A DNA stretch of 64,000 nt from Octopus bimaculoides (taxonomy: Eukaryota): contig NC_068995.1 of the NCBI RefSeq assembly GCF_001194135.2, positions 3,446,924 through 3,510,923 on the forward strand, in the 5' to 3' direction. The notes below the pieces were generated by a model, which saw only the letters and a program-made list of their open reading frames with translations, searched no databases and had not been told where the DNA came from. Below, one piece after another: positions 1-12,420 of this stretch (its first letter is position 1; every line of letters starts with the position of its first letter). The position numbers were made by a program, and so were the translations under genes.

Positions 1-524
1 ATAATGCCAACCACTCCATAGCGTGTACTGGGTGCTTTCTACACACACACACATACACATGCATATATATATACTCATTAAAAATGGAAATGAGTACCAA
101 CGTTCACATGTGGTACACTTAAACAATTGTGAAGATCTTTTCACATGAAACCATTGGTTGCCTTGTTTACCAACAAATAAACTCTCTCTCTCTCTATCTA
201 TCTATCTCTCTCTATATATATATATATTGTATGTGGGAAAATAAATTCAAACTCATTTAAAGTTTGAGGAGTGACAAATCAAGAAATAAGAAAGTAATTT
301 TTTTTAATAAACATTTATTCATGAATCAAGTACATCTAGACTAATTAAAACTAGTCTAGATTTCTAGACTGTGTGTGTTGTAAAGGGGTAACTAAAAGGG
401 TTGATATCGGGATGGGTGTCTGGCAGTGAAACACTACCACAAAAAACGGAAAGTCTTGTTAAAGCCATGTCAACGTGACAAAGCGTATCACTTAACAATG
501 ATCAAGGGTAACGGTGAAACTATT

Positions 525-738
525 CCTTTCTATTCTAGGCACAAAGCTTGAAATTTTTGGGGAGGGGTTAGGTCAATTAAAGTGACCTCTGTACTCACCT
601 GGTACTTATTTTATTGACCCTAAAAGGATAAAAGGCAAGGTTGACTTTGGTAGAATTTGAACTCAGAATGTAAAGACATGAAACGATGCTAAACATTTTG
701 TCTGGTGTGCTAATGACTCAGCCAGTTCAACAGCTTAA
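525..738 (-). mobile_element. tRNA-derived SINE, family A
   Basis: Reverse complement of the recurrent element carrying GTTCTGAGTTCAAATT (B-box-like) and CTTTCATCCTTT..GGGTCGATAAA..AAGTACCAG; about 20 copies seen in the window. Confidence 0.8.
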
Positions 739-747
739 GCACAAAAC

Positions 748-1019
748 TGCCACTATGGCTACTATGCCGTAAGTATGGATGTGAGGTTACGGGTGCTTGG
801 TACCAACATACATGGGAAAAGGTAATGGACATAAAGGGGAAGGCAAAAATCCTCTGGGATTTTAACTTCTAAGAAGACAAGGCATTAGAGCACCGAAGGC
901 CGGATTTAGTAACCTTTAGGGGGGACAAACAAGAGGGCCTAATAATGGATGTGGCAGTGCCAGGAGATCAACATATCATCATGAAAGAAAGAGAAAAGGT
1001 TGATAAATATGGAGACCTG
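748..1019 (+). mobile_element. Decayed fragment of an RLE-type (R4/R2-group) non-LTR retrotransposon, endonuclease region
   Basis: Translates LPLWLLCRKYGCEVTGAWYQHTWEKVMDIKGKAKILWDFNF*EDKALEHRRPDLVTFRGDKQEGLIMDVAVPGDQHIIMKEREKVDKYGDL. This matches the W.LC..YG / ILWDF / RPD / DVAVP / KE.EK..KY..L pattern of restriction-like endonuclease domains. One in-frame stop at 870-872. Confidence 0.8.
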
Positions 1020-2289
1020 TCACTAATTCCATCAGTATTTTTTGCTGAACTGCTCAGTTATGGTGGCATAAACACTCTAACACGGGCTACCAATGTACTG
1101 CCGGGAATTGAACCCATGACCTAGTGATCATGGGTTGAATATCCTAACCACTAAGCTACGTTTTCATAACAGAATTTGTTGTGTGATTTTAGCCATCTAC
1201 TTTATTATTGGCTGGAATTTAGTTCGAGACGTGTCTGATGAGAAAGCTGCACCACTGACCAACACTAGTGGTCAGTTAATAATTACTTCTCCTTACTGGA
1301 CAGTTAGGTGTGTGTGTACACATATATAATATATCATATATATGTATAATATATTATATATATATATATNNNNNNNNNNNNNNNNNNNNNNNNNNNNNNN
1401 NNNNNNNNNNNNNNNNNNNNNNNNNNNNNNNNNNNNNNNNNNNNNNNNNNNNNNNNNNNNNNNNNNNNNNNNNNNNNNNNNNNNNNNNNNNNNNNNNNNN
1501 NNNNNNNNNNNNNNNNNNNNNNNNNNNNNNNNNNNNNNNNNNNNNNNNNNTATATATTCATTCATGGTTTTGTTTGCTAGCAATAAAATATTGATAGCAT
1601 TCATTTGTTCTGGTCATTTGCCGACCTTCCTCGTTTGCTTGCTTTCAATTAATTAGCTAAGTCTTGCTAAATGACTCATTCCACATATCTCACTGTTTAT
1701 GATGCCATGGCAAAATATTTGCCTTCTCATTCATTAACAAGGTTTTTTTTTCTCATTTTTTTTGTTTGCATTTGGTTGTTTTTTATTGCATTTTTTTGCT
1801 TGTATTTTGTTTGTTTTTTTTTTTGCTTTTAATTTTTTTTTTTTTACGTCCTCTGAATTTAAAGGATTGACTCTCTTCGCTGCTGACCAACAAAGGATAA
1901 GATATCAGTTGTTTAGTAAGTTATGAAGTTTCATAAAATCGGTGTAGGCTAACCTGTTGACATAGTAACTAATAGCAGAGGAGAAATCTCTGAAATAGTA
2001 GCAGAAATAACATCCGTCCAGTAGCTTCCTAGTATAGTCTTGTTACATAACAACCACAAGTTGCAACGACGAGGATTCCAGTTGGTCCAATCAACAGAAC
2101 AGTCTGCTCATGAAATTAAACCTCTAAATGGGTGAGCATGTACCCATAATAGACGCATGTACCCATAACTTAGTTCTTAGGGTGCGTCAACACAATACAG
2201 AGTGTAACAAGGCTGGACCCATTGAAATACAGCTCACCACCTTAATAATAATAATAATAACAACAATAATAATAATAATAATAATTTCG

Positions 2290-2770
2290 AATTTTGACAT
2301 AAGGTCAGCAACTATGTGGGAGGGGGCAAGTGGATTACATCGACCCCAGTGCTCAACTGGTACTTATTTTATCGAACCCTGAAAGGGTGAAAGGCAAACA
2401 CGACCTCAGTAGAATTTGAACTCAGAACGGAAACACAGACGAAATGCTGCCAAGCATTTTGCTTGGCATGCTAACGATTCTGCCAACTCATTACCATAAT
2501 AGTAATAATAATGATGATGATAATAATAATAATGATAATGATCATGATAATCCTTTCTACTATAGGCACAAGGCCTGAAATTTTGGGGGAGGGGAGGCCA
2601 GTCGATTAGATCGACCTCAATACACAACTGGAACTTAATTTATTGACCCCCTGAAAGGATGAAAAACAAAGTGAACCATGGCAGAATTTGAACTCAGAAC
2701 GTAGCGGCAGACAAAATGCCACTAAGCATTTTACCCAGCATGCTAACAACCCTGCCACCTCGCCGCCTTC
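2290..2770 (-). mobile_element. Two tandem family A SINE copies with (AAT)n tails
   Basis: Copies at about 2290-2490 and 2545-2770, each containing AGAATTTGAACTCAGAACG and ATCGACC..AGT motifs. Confidence 0.8.
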
Positions 2771-2851
<81 letters not shown>

Positions 2852-3547
2852 GTGATAATAATACAACAAAAGTTTGAATGATAGACAGAATAAAGGTAAA
2901 TGGAGACAAAAAGGTGAAGGTGTGAAGTGGGATAGNNNNNNNNNNNNNNNNNNNNNNNNNNNNNNNNNNNNNNNNNNNNNNNNNNNNNNNNNNNNNNNNN
3001 NNNNNNNNNNNNNNNNNNNNNNNNNNNNNNNNNNNNNNNNNNNNNNNNNNNNNNNNNNNNNNNNNNNNNNNNNNNNNNNNNNNNNNNNNNNNNNNNNNNN
3101 NNNNNNNNNNNNNNNNNNNNNNNNNNNNNNNNNNNNNNNNNNNNNNNNNNNNNNNNNNNNNNNNNNNNNNNNNNNNNNNNNNNNNNNNNNNNNNNNNNNN
3201 NNNNNNNNNNNNNNNNNNNNNNNNNNNNNNNNNNNNNNNNNNNNNNNNNNNNNNNNNNNNNNNNNNNNNNNNNNNNNNNNNNNNNNNNNNNNNNNNNNNN
3301 NNNNNNNNNNNNNNNNNNNNNNNNNNNNNNNNNNNNNNNNNNNNNNNNNNNNNNNNNNNNNNNNNNNNNNNNNNNNNNNNNNNNNNNNNNNNNNNNNNNN
3401 NNNNNNNNNNNNNNNNNNNNNNNNNNNNNNNNNNNNNNNNNNNNNNNNNNNNNNNNNNNNNNNNNNNNNNNNNNNNNNNNNNNNNNNNNNNNNNNNNNNN
3501 NNNNNNNNNNNNNNNNNNNNNNNNNNNNNNNNNNNNNNNNNNNNNNN

Positions 3548-3583
<36 letters not shown>

Positions 3584-3789
3584 GCACACACACACACATA
3601 CATACATATATATGTACGTATGTGTGTGTGTGTGTGTATAAGAGATGATCAAAGCCTTGATCATCAGTCTGTTCTATCAGGGCTGACCAGGGGCTAAACA
3701 GCAACAACAAAACAAGACCACTCCTCAAGCTGAAATCTATGTGCTCTGAGCCTGACAATTGCTTGGATAATGATGATGATTCAGCCTGA

Positions 3790-3965
3790 CACAGAGTGTG
3801 ACAAGGCTGGCCCCTTTGAATTACAGGTACAACCCACTTTTGCCAGCTTAGTTTGAGTGGAACAACAAGAAATAAAGTTTCTTGCTCAAGGAGACAATGT
3901 GCCATCAGGAATTGAACTCATGAACTTACAATTGTGAGCTGAATACTCTAACCACTAAGCCGTGT
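3790..3965 (-). mobile_element. tRNA-derived SINE, family E
   Basis: Reverse complement of the head seen on + at 52452 and 61461 (TAGTGGTTA...GGTTCGATTCC...CTTGAGCAAG.CACTT). Confidence 0.65.
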
Positions 3966-4244
3966 TTCTTTACATACAAAGAGCTTCATTTAAATTCCAT
4001 CTGCCAAATCTATTCACGAGACATTGGTCTGCTGGAACTTTAGTAGAAAACACTTGCTCAAAGTGAGGCACAGTGGGATTGAACCTGAGACCCATCTGGT
4101 TGCAAAGTAAACTTCTTAGCCAGCCAGCCAGCCACCTAAGCCTGTATTGAAGAATTATTTATTAATCAATGTAATCAGATCTCTCTATCAGGAAGAGAAT
4201 CACGTCCGGAAAATGGAATAAATGACAGGAATCGGTTTACTCAC

Positions 4245-4400
4245 ATAAATTTCACCATTCCAAGAGAGGCAGAGCTTGGTTTTGACATTCCATGAACGGT
4301 CAATGGAAGATGTGTGAAAGGTTCTTGACAAATGTAGGTGACATGGTTTCCTTCTTTGGCATAAGAAATGGCACACTGGAAAAGCAGGGAACTTTTATTC
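4245..4400 (-). CDS. SWSAP1: Internal coding exon (156 nt, phase 2/2) of an SWSAP1-like RAD51-paralog ATPase (Shu complex); other exons not identified
   Basis: Acceptor tttctttttattctacag| and donor AAATTTAT|gtgagt. Translates NKSSLLFQCAISYAKEGNHVTYICQEPFTHLPLTVHGMSKPSSASLGMVKF, which aligns with the recalled SWSAP1 N-terminus (human GKTALLFAAALEAAGEGQGPVLFLTRRPLQSMP...LQKIRFQY). No database search was run. Confidence 0.72.
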
Positions 4401-4677
4401 CTGTAGAATAAAAAGAAACAGTTTTGGAACAAACGAATAAAGAAACATACGAAGGGGTGGGGCTGAAAGGCACGATCTAACTTAGTGACTAAATCCACTC
4501 TTGTTTGTGCAGATTTCAGGGTGGGTGAATAAAATATGAGTCACAAAGATGTATAATTGTCAATCCATTACAGCCGTTTCAAGCAACTCCTTTAATTGAA
4601 CAATGAAAGCATTACATCATTACAAAGAAGCCCGTTCTCATCAGATGCTCCCTTATATTGATTTTAGCCTGAATATA

Positions 4678-4897
4678 TAAGGGGATACTGGAAAGTTCCT
4701 GGCTTTAAGGGTATAGTGAACAGCCTGGTTGAAGGCCCAACCTTATAATTTCTTTTACAGGGCTTAGAGAAACTAAAGGACCGCTGCAATAAGTGTGTGA
4801 ATCTGAGAGGGGAATATTTAGAATAAAATCATAATTAATTGATCCTCTTGTATTTTCTTTTATCCAAAGCCAGAAACCTTTCAAGCAGCCCCTCGTA
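4678..4897 (+). mobile_element. Non-autonomous mariner element (MITE) with TA flanks and transposase C-terminal remnant
   Basis: Imperfect TIRs TAAGGGGATACTGGAAAGTTCCTGGCTTT ... AAAGCCAGAAACCTTTCAAGCAGCCCCTCGTA. 4749-4826 encodes FLLQGLEKLKDRCNKCVNLRGEYLE*, a typical mariner C-terminus. Confidence 0.75.
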
Positions 4898-5717
4898 TAC
4901 AGGAAAATATTACCTTGCTTGGAAACAGGTGAGGGTAAGTGATAGGAAGGGTGTTCATCTGTAGAAAATTTGTCAAAACAAATTTTGTTTGACCCATACA
5001 AGCATGGAAATATAGGTTGGTAAATGATGATGACAATGATGTGTGTGTGTGTGCATGCGCATGTGTGCATATGTGTGTCTGTAAAACTGGCTTCCTTCAT
5101 TTTCCCATAAAAAAACCAAAAAAATCCACTCACGACGCTTTAGTTGTCCCTGGGCTATGGTTCAGGAGACATGCCATTATTGTTATTTAATTACATTAAT
5201 TCTTAAACTAAAGCAAAGAGACCATATTCCACTGTCTCCTGTCACTCTAACAAGCAAATTGTTCTGGAAATTATGAGATCCTCTTCGTAGATCTATCAAG
5301 ACAAAACAACTTTTGAAGAAAGATTACATTTCTATATCCAGCCTTCATCACCAATATTTTACTTTAACAAAAACCAATTGCACAAAAGAAATTGAGTTAA
5401 ACGGCTATTGATCTATTATTTTATTTTCATCAAAATCTTTCTCATTTTCTGAGCAAATCAATGCAAGAAATATATGTGCTACTTTGGTATAATTTCCGAT
5501 AGCCTCAATAGATGGAGTTTTACTTTTGTCTGAAGTCAAGCGAAAGTATTATCTCAATTTTAAAGAGACAAAAAAGAGATTTCAGGAAGTTAGTCTCAAT
5601 GATAGGGTTTTATTAGAGCATGGAAGGATGAAGGGAAAGTTATTTGAAAAAAAGATTAAAATTCGAAATCGTTGGTTTGGTTTCCTTCTTTATTTCTTTT
5701 TAATGTATGGGCAATGA

Positions 5718-5880
5718 GGTAGAAAGGTACTATAGGTAGAAATATAATACAAAGGTAGCGTTAATATAAAGGTACTATAGGTACAAATGTGATATAAAGG
5801 TACTATAGGTAGGAAGGCAATAAACAGGTATTAAAGGTGGAAATGTGATAGACAGGTACTACAGGTAGGAATGTGAAATG
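5718..5880. repeat. Degenerate ~28-bp minisatellite
   Basis: Recurring AAAGGTACTATAGGTA(G/C)AAATGTGATA units. Confidence 0.65.
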
Positions 5881-6424
5881 AATAATAACTGGCGTGGTTA
5901 TTTACACCCAATCAAAAAAACAAGCATATATAAAAGATTGCTTAGTTTCATGTCCTCATAGTAATTTCAATAAAAAATGGATATATCAGAAGGGGGGGAG
6001 AAGGTGAGGAAGAAGGGGGGAGAGAAAGGGAGAGAAAGAAAGAGTGAGATAGAGAGAAGATGAGAAGGTGAGAGAAAGAATATGCATGTGCAACTGTAGC
6101 CATTTTAGGTTGCTTACACACAATAGAACCAGGTTTTTACAAGAGATTCTAAGAATCCAAGCTGCAGTTCTGAATATATTTAGAATTTAATATTATTATT
6201 ATTTTTTTTTTTTCAATGAAAGAATATAAAAGGCTGAAATGAAAGAAATTTTGTCTTATGGCAGCATTGAATACAACAACAGATTAGTTGCTGGTCACAG
6301 CTAAATAAAAGACTATAAAGAAAAAAAATGGTTAGAAGACACAATGGAAGAAATATGAAGACATGGCAGATCTTATTAAAAGAGAAAAATTATGAATAAT
6401 GTTTGATATTTTAAGAATGATGCT

Positions 6425-7120
6425 TAACCCTTTTAATACGAACCTGGGTGAGATAATACTTCGGTCTACAATATCAGCTTCCTGTTTTAAATTGATCTAA
6501 ATTGGAACTTTCATCTAAATTCCATGCTAATATATTTTCTAACTACTTGGTTCATAATGGTATAGTTATTTTAGTATGTTCTTCATTATTTTTGGAATTA
6601 ATTGAAATAAAGGCAGTGTATTGTAACAGAAATATGGAAACGAAATGGTTAAAGCGTTCCATCAAAATTTTGTTTTTATTTATGTTCCAAACACTAGCAT
6701 CATAATGACAAAGTTATTTTAATAGATTCTTTCAAAATTAGTTGAAACAAAAGAAGTGTATTTCAATGGAAATATGGTAACAAAGCAGCTAAAGTGATCT
6801 AAATTAAAACCTTTCATAAAAATTTCTTGTTAGTCTAAGTTCCAAACACCAATTTAATAATGACAAAATTATTTCACTAAATTCTTCATTATTTAAAAAA
6901 TTAACTGGAACAAAGTCCATGTATTTCAATAGAAATATGGTAACAAAAGGGTTAAAGTGATCTAAATTAAAACCTTTCATCAAAATTTCATGTTAATTTA
7001 TGTTCCAAACATCAGTTTAATAATGATAAAAGTTATTTCACTGAATTCTTAATTATTTAAAAGATTTTCCGAAACAAAGGCAGAGTATTTCAACAGAAAA
7101 ATGGTAATGAAAGTGTTAAA
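6425..7120 (+). mobile_element. TTAA-type MITE (family 1) expanded into a tandem array of ~155-bp units
   Basis: Starts TTAACCCTTT. About 4 tandem units, each ending GAAATATGGTAACAAAAGGGTTAA-like and restarting AGTGATCTAAATTAAAACC; same sequence as the single copy at 12190-12420. Confidence 0.7.
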
Positions 7121-7789
7121 GATGTCATAATTGTAAAAGAAGCCATTCTGCTCAAAAATTTTTCATGAAAAAAGCATGGATCCCTAAATCACTTCTGGTG
7201 TTTGCTGTGCTCTGACATCTTCTTTTTTTTTTGTGTGAGAATTGGAACATAATGAAGATGGATGAAGCAAGAAAGCACCAGACTAAATACATCATGGTAT
7301 TCAGTTTATTCACATTTTCAACCAGAACTGATAAAGGTTTTTTTTTTTAATCTCCACAAGAATTGGTAAAATAAGCAGCAGTAATTTACTGGATCAACGC
7401 AATTAAACTAGTTTCTACTCTGTCAAAGGCATAACCTTGTAACTAATTAAGAAATCAAGATTTTTTCATTAACTGAGAATTTTATAAATTATCTCCAATT
7501 CTATTTTTGCATGTCATTATCATCATCATTGCTTTAATGTCAACTATTCCATGCTTGCCTGGGTGATGTGGAATCTATTGAGGTGTATTTTCTTTGGCCA
7601 GTTGATGTTTCTATTGTCAGCTCTCACCTGTTTCCAAATAGGGTAATACTTCTCCATGACCAGGTATGTTTCCACAGAAGATTGCAAATGAATGACACTG
7701 CTTGTATAACAGTGGCGATCGTTTACAACTATCATGTAAGATCAAGACAAAGAGACCCAAACAAGACAAGGAGACACACACACACATAA

Positions 7790-8060
7790 AAAAGGATTCA
7801 GTCGACACTGTGAAGCGGTTAGCATTTGGAATGGGCATCCAACTGTAAAAACCACTGACCCACACCTGTGCTGGTGCTATATAAAAAGCACTCAGTCCAC
7901 TCTGAAGGGTGGTTGGTGTTAGGAAGGGCATTCAGCTGTAAAAACTATGCCAAAACAGATGCAGAAATCTGGAGCAGTCTTCTGCCTGACCAACTCCTGT
8001 CAAACCATCCAATCCAATCCAAGCCAGCAGGGAAGGAGGACGTTTGATGATTGATAATCA
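7790..8060 (+). mobile_element. SINE-like repeat, family C, with (GAT)n tail
   Basis: GGTTGGTGTTAGGAAGGGCATTCAGCTGTAAAA...CCAGCAGGGAAGGAGGACGTT followed by GAT repeats; homologous to 25480-26000 and 43050-43200. Confidence 0.7.
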
Positions 8061-8589
8061 TGATGATTGCTCACTTTTTGTATGGACAATGGTCAGTGAT
8101 GGTCTTCCTCAGTCAGGAGTGGACAGACATCATACACATGACAAGCTTCTTTCAGTTTTCATTTACCAAATCAATTCACAAGGCATTGGTCAACTGGAGT
8201 TGACCAAGTAGAAAACACTTGCTCAAGATGTCATGCAATAAGACCGAACTAGAAACCACATTCGTGGCAATTAAACTTCTTAATGACCCATACAACAGAT
8301 CAATATGAATGACATATCGTCTCTTTGTTCATCTCCCATCATTAAAAGTCTTGTACAAATTGCCAGAAACTTCTATACTTACATGCCGTCAAAAGTACAT
8401 AAAACAACCGGTTTTTGGTTTTTCTGCCATAAGTTCAAATTTTGGAGCAGTTTGTCTTTGTCTCCATCCATCCAATGAGACAACAAAGGAAACATCCGTG
8501 TTAAGGCGGCAGCCATTCTGGTAGACAAGAATAGAAAAGAAGGGAAGCAAAGAATTCGCAATAACCAAGTGGGTGCAAAGACCTTTTAT

Positions 8590-9026
8590 CTTCTGTCTTT
8601 TACCTGTTTCAGTCATTAGACTGTGGCCATGTTGGGGCACCAACTTGAAGAATTTTAGACGAATGAATTAACTCCAGGACTTATTTCTCTTTTTTACAAG
8701 CCTGGTACTTATTCCATCAGTCTCTTTTGCTGAACCACTAAGTTACAGGACGTAAACACACCAACACTGGTTGCCAAGTGGTGGGGTGGGGACAAATATA
8801 AGCACAAAGACACATACATTGATATGTACATACATAAATACTGGGAAACAAACCTATGCAAAAGTTAGGCACAAGAGTGGCCGTGTGGCAAGAAGCTTGC
8901 TTCCCAACCACATGGTTCCGGGTTCAGTCTCACTGCGTGGCACCTTGGGCAAGTGTTTTCTATTATACTCGGGCTGACCAAAGCCTTGTGAGTGGATTTG
9001 GTAGGTGGAAACTGAAAGAAGCCTGT

Positions 9027-9063
<37 letters not shown>

Positions 9064-9135
9064 GTATTTGTCCCCCCACCATTGCTTGACAACCGATGTT
9101 GTTGTGTTTACATCCCCATAACTTAGCGGTTCGGC
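8590..9135. mobile_element. Adjacent oppositely oriented family B SINEs (minus ~8590-8830; plus ~8872-9135)
   Basis: Plus copy begins GTGGCCGTGTGGCAAGAAGCTTGCTTCCCAACCACATGGTTCCGGGTTCAGT. The minus copy is the reverse complement of the family's 3' half. Confidence 0.8.
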
Positions 9136-10348
9136 CAAAGTCAACCCCAGCGGAATTTGAACTCAGAATGCAGCAGCAGGCGAAATACCTCTAAGTTTTT
9201 CACTCAGCATGCTGACGGTTCTGCCAGCTCACCGCCTTAACATTAAAATAATAATAATAATAATAACAAAGAGCAGCCAAAATTCTTCATTGCTACTTGG
9301 AAGAATTGATGTCTGTTAGAATGTCAGGTGGTGATACTGATTTTGTGCGAACTTATTGTGAGATTTTAATTAAACAACATAAAAAGTCTTAATTATGTTT
9401 TCAAGTGATTGGGCTGAAAATTATAGTTTTAAGGCATCTATGAAATTATTATTAAACCAGACAGATGGCAGCAGTTATTAGCGATAAGGTTCCCAGTAAA
9501 AGATGGTTATCTTCAATGGAATCATGAGTTAAGGTAGTTAGAATGTCTTGACAAACATAATGAGGGGTTATATCAAAGGAAATTATGCGATGAAGTCGAA
9601 TCGCAGAATCAACGGAAAGACTGAAGCATTAACGTAAAGAGGAAAAGGAACGCTAACACAAGGGGTCAGAGAAAGGGGCTTAGAGAGTGGAGGGGGGGAA
9701 GGCATTGATAAATTATATTTCCATATCTTTGTGGCATCAGTCGAAGCACCGTTTTCAGTCATAAATTTCTCCTGTAAAAGGGTCTTTGAAGTTTCGTTGT
9801 CGATTAGGTTAAAATATAATGACAGTTTCACAAACAGTTAATGTGCTGAATGCAAACTATTACCCAGGCATTTGCCAACTGATGTGTTTGGCATGTATTA
9901 ATCAATGAAGCGCCTCTTAAGGTTTTACGATCCCTTTATGCAGTCACCCTAGACAAATTAACTGCAAACAGGTCCCTGTTTAAACTCTGACTCACACACG
10001 GTGTGACGAGTGCCTTTGTTTTTGTTTTTTGTTTTAACTCCAAAGTTTAACATCTGATTGATAGAGTATATAATGGCATTCTTTATCTAATATAGCAACA
10101 TGATATGAAGAATGAATCTATTATCTGTCGGGGAAACTTCTCGTAGGTCAATGTTTAGTGACTTGATTGAGTTCTGATAGCAGACAAGTTGTCTAAACAG
10201 AGTTGCTATCACACAGCTAAAGAGACTAACTGAGTTAACTTAGTCTATTTAGATTAGTGTATAGTTTTACAGAAATATACTAATATTTCATTAATAATAT
10301 CACACCAAACAAGTAGCTTTTTTAAAAAAAAAATTTTTATTTTTTTAA

Positions 10349-10396
<48 letters not shown>

Positions 10397-10403
10397 GTTA
10401 TTA

Positions 10404-10436
<33 letters not shown>

Positions 10437-10437
<1 letters not shown>

Positions 10438-10640
10438 GGCAGCGGGCTGGCGGAATTGTTAGCATGCCGGGCGAAATGCTTAATGGTATTTCATCTGCCG
10501 CTACATTCTGAGTTCAAATTCTGCTGAGGTCATCTTTGCCTTTCATCGTTTCGGGGGTTGATAAATTAAGTACCAGTTACACACTGGAGTCAATGTAATC
10601 GACTAATCCCATCCTACCAAATTCCAGGCCTTCCGTCAGC
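10437..10640 (+). mobile_element. tRNA-derived SINE, family A
   Basis: GGCAGCGGGCTGGCGGAATTGTTAGCATGCCGGGCGAAATGC...TTCTGAGTTCAAATTC. Further plus copies at about 11460, 11690, 26881, 34395, 43948. Confidence 0.8.
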
Positions 10641-10726
10641 ATTGTCATCATCATCATTTTGTCCTGTCTTTGTCCTTTCATGTTTTTAATTTATATTAGC
10701 CCTTGTGGCCAATAAAACCAGAATCA

Positions 10727-10759
<33 letters not shown>

Positions 10760-12189
10760 GATGTATTTAAAACTTTATTAATATCACTTCACAGTCTATG
10801 AGAAATTATTTCTGATTTGAAAAATGTGTTTACAACTTGATCAAATAAAGAAGACATGTTTCATTGCAGAAAGATGAAGAAATTCAGTAAAGGTAAAAAT
10901 AAGAGAACCGTGTTTATTAGTAACCATTCAGAATGCTGTGAATACAAAGGGCAGTCATTACAGAGCTGTGGCGCTTGTGTAAAAGCTGAGTTAGANNNNN
11001 NNNNNNNNNNNNNNNNNNNNNNNNNNNNNNNNNNNNNNNNNNNNNNNNNNNNNNNNNNNNNNNNNNNNNNNNNNNNNNNNNNNNNNNNNNNNNNNNNNNN
11101 NNNNNNNNNNNNNNNNNNNNNNNNNNNNNNNNNNNGTTTTGTTACAAGAAGAATAAATAAATAAAGTTCTCTGTAGGACTTTTCAATGAAAGTAAACTTT
11201 GTTGAAATTATTTATGAATTGAGGTTGTTCACATTGTTTGTACTTACAAGAATTCAAAAGAGAGGAGAAGAAAAAAAAAAAAAGAAACTGAATGAAAGAA
11301 TGCCTGAATTGAATAAATGGCTGGAAAGGCTCCATTCTAGAATCACTAATTCTGTCTCGGAAGAGAAGAGAAGAATTGTAACTTTTAATAAAGGTCTCTA
11401 ATTACAAGAAAAGGAAAAACTGAAGTTGTTCCCAAGATGGTATCATAAAATGTGAGGTCTCAAGCTGGCAGAATCGTTAGCACGCTGGGCATGTGTTAAT
11501 GGTATTTTGCCTGTCTCTATGTTCTGAGTTCAAATCCTGTTGTGGTTAACATTGCCTTGCATCCTTTTTGGATCAAAAATATAAGTACCAGTTAAGTACT
11601 GGGGTCAATGTAATCGATTTATCTTCTCCCCTGAAATTGCTGGCCTTGTGCCAAAATTTGAAATCATCGTCATCATCATCATCATTAAGGCGATGAGCTG
11701 GCAGAATCATTAGCACACTTTGCAAAATGCTTAGTGGTATTTTGTCCGTTGCTACGTTCTGAGTTCAAATTCTGCTGAGGTCAACTTTACCTTTCAACTT
11801 TTTGGGCACTGGAGGCGGAGGGGGGGGGTTGATGTAATCGAGTTAGTCCTAATCCCTGACACTCTTAAACTATTCCACTAGACCATTGTTCAGGACTGGT
11901 CCATTATTCATCAACCCAGAAGGGTGAATGACAAAGCAGACATCAGTGGGAATTGAACTTCAAACTTAGTATGAAAGAAAATGGAATATTTATCAGAAGA
12001 CATTTCGTTTAATCCTGCAAAGATTGCCAATTTGCCACTAACTTTATTATATCACTGTTCCGCTGAAATCTCTTTCTGAATATTTTTGAAATCCTCCATC
12101 ATGTTCTCTCTATCAGGTTCTGCCTCCTCCTACTCATCATCATCATTGTCATCACCATTATCATCAAAGGCATTTTAATTGTTTAGCAC

Positions 12190-12420
12190 TTAATCCTTTC
12201 GTTACCAACCTGGCTGAAACCAGCTCTGGCTCTGTTAGTAAAAATTTCTCGTTTTCAAAAGTTTTGAATTAAAATCTTCCACTAAACCTTAGTCACAATT
12301 TATGTTCCTAACACTAGCTTAATGATAACGAAGTTATTTTACTAAATTCTTTGTTAGATTTATAATTAATTGAAAGAAACACAGAACATCTCAACAGAAA
12401 TATGGTAACAAAAGGGTTAA
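12190..12420 (+). mobile_element. Complete TTAA-flanked MITE (piggyBac-like ends), family 1
   Basis: TTAA|TCCTTTCGTTACCA ... TGGTAACAAAAGGG|TTAA: ~14-bp TIRs with TTAA on both sides. Fragments also at about 29080-29270 and 46150-46340. Confidence 0.75.

Noticed and set aside
2694-3905. Long ORFs in the track (also 1293-1656, 12391-13112, 23388-23904, 60884-61359)
   Set aside because: They are open only because they cross N gaps and microsatellites; no protein-like sequence.
4401-4450. Possible 50-nt GTATGT...CTACAG intron extending the SWSAP1 exon, and the 85-aa ORF 4241-4498 as a single-exon gene
   Set aside because: The spliced frame hits TAG nine codons upstream. The unspliced extension is a polypyrimidine tract with no SWSAP1 similarity.
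9583-9831. 82-aa minus-strand ORF as SWSAP1 exon 1
   Set aside because: No P-loop-like sequence and no convincing phase 2 donor.
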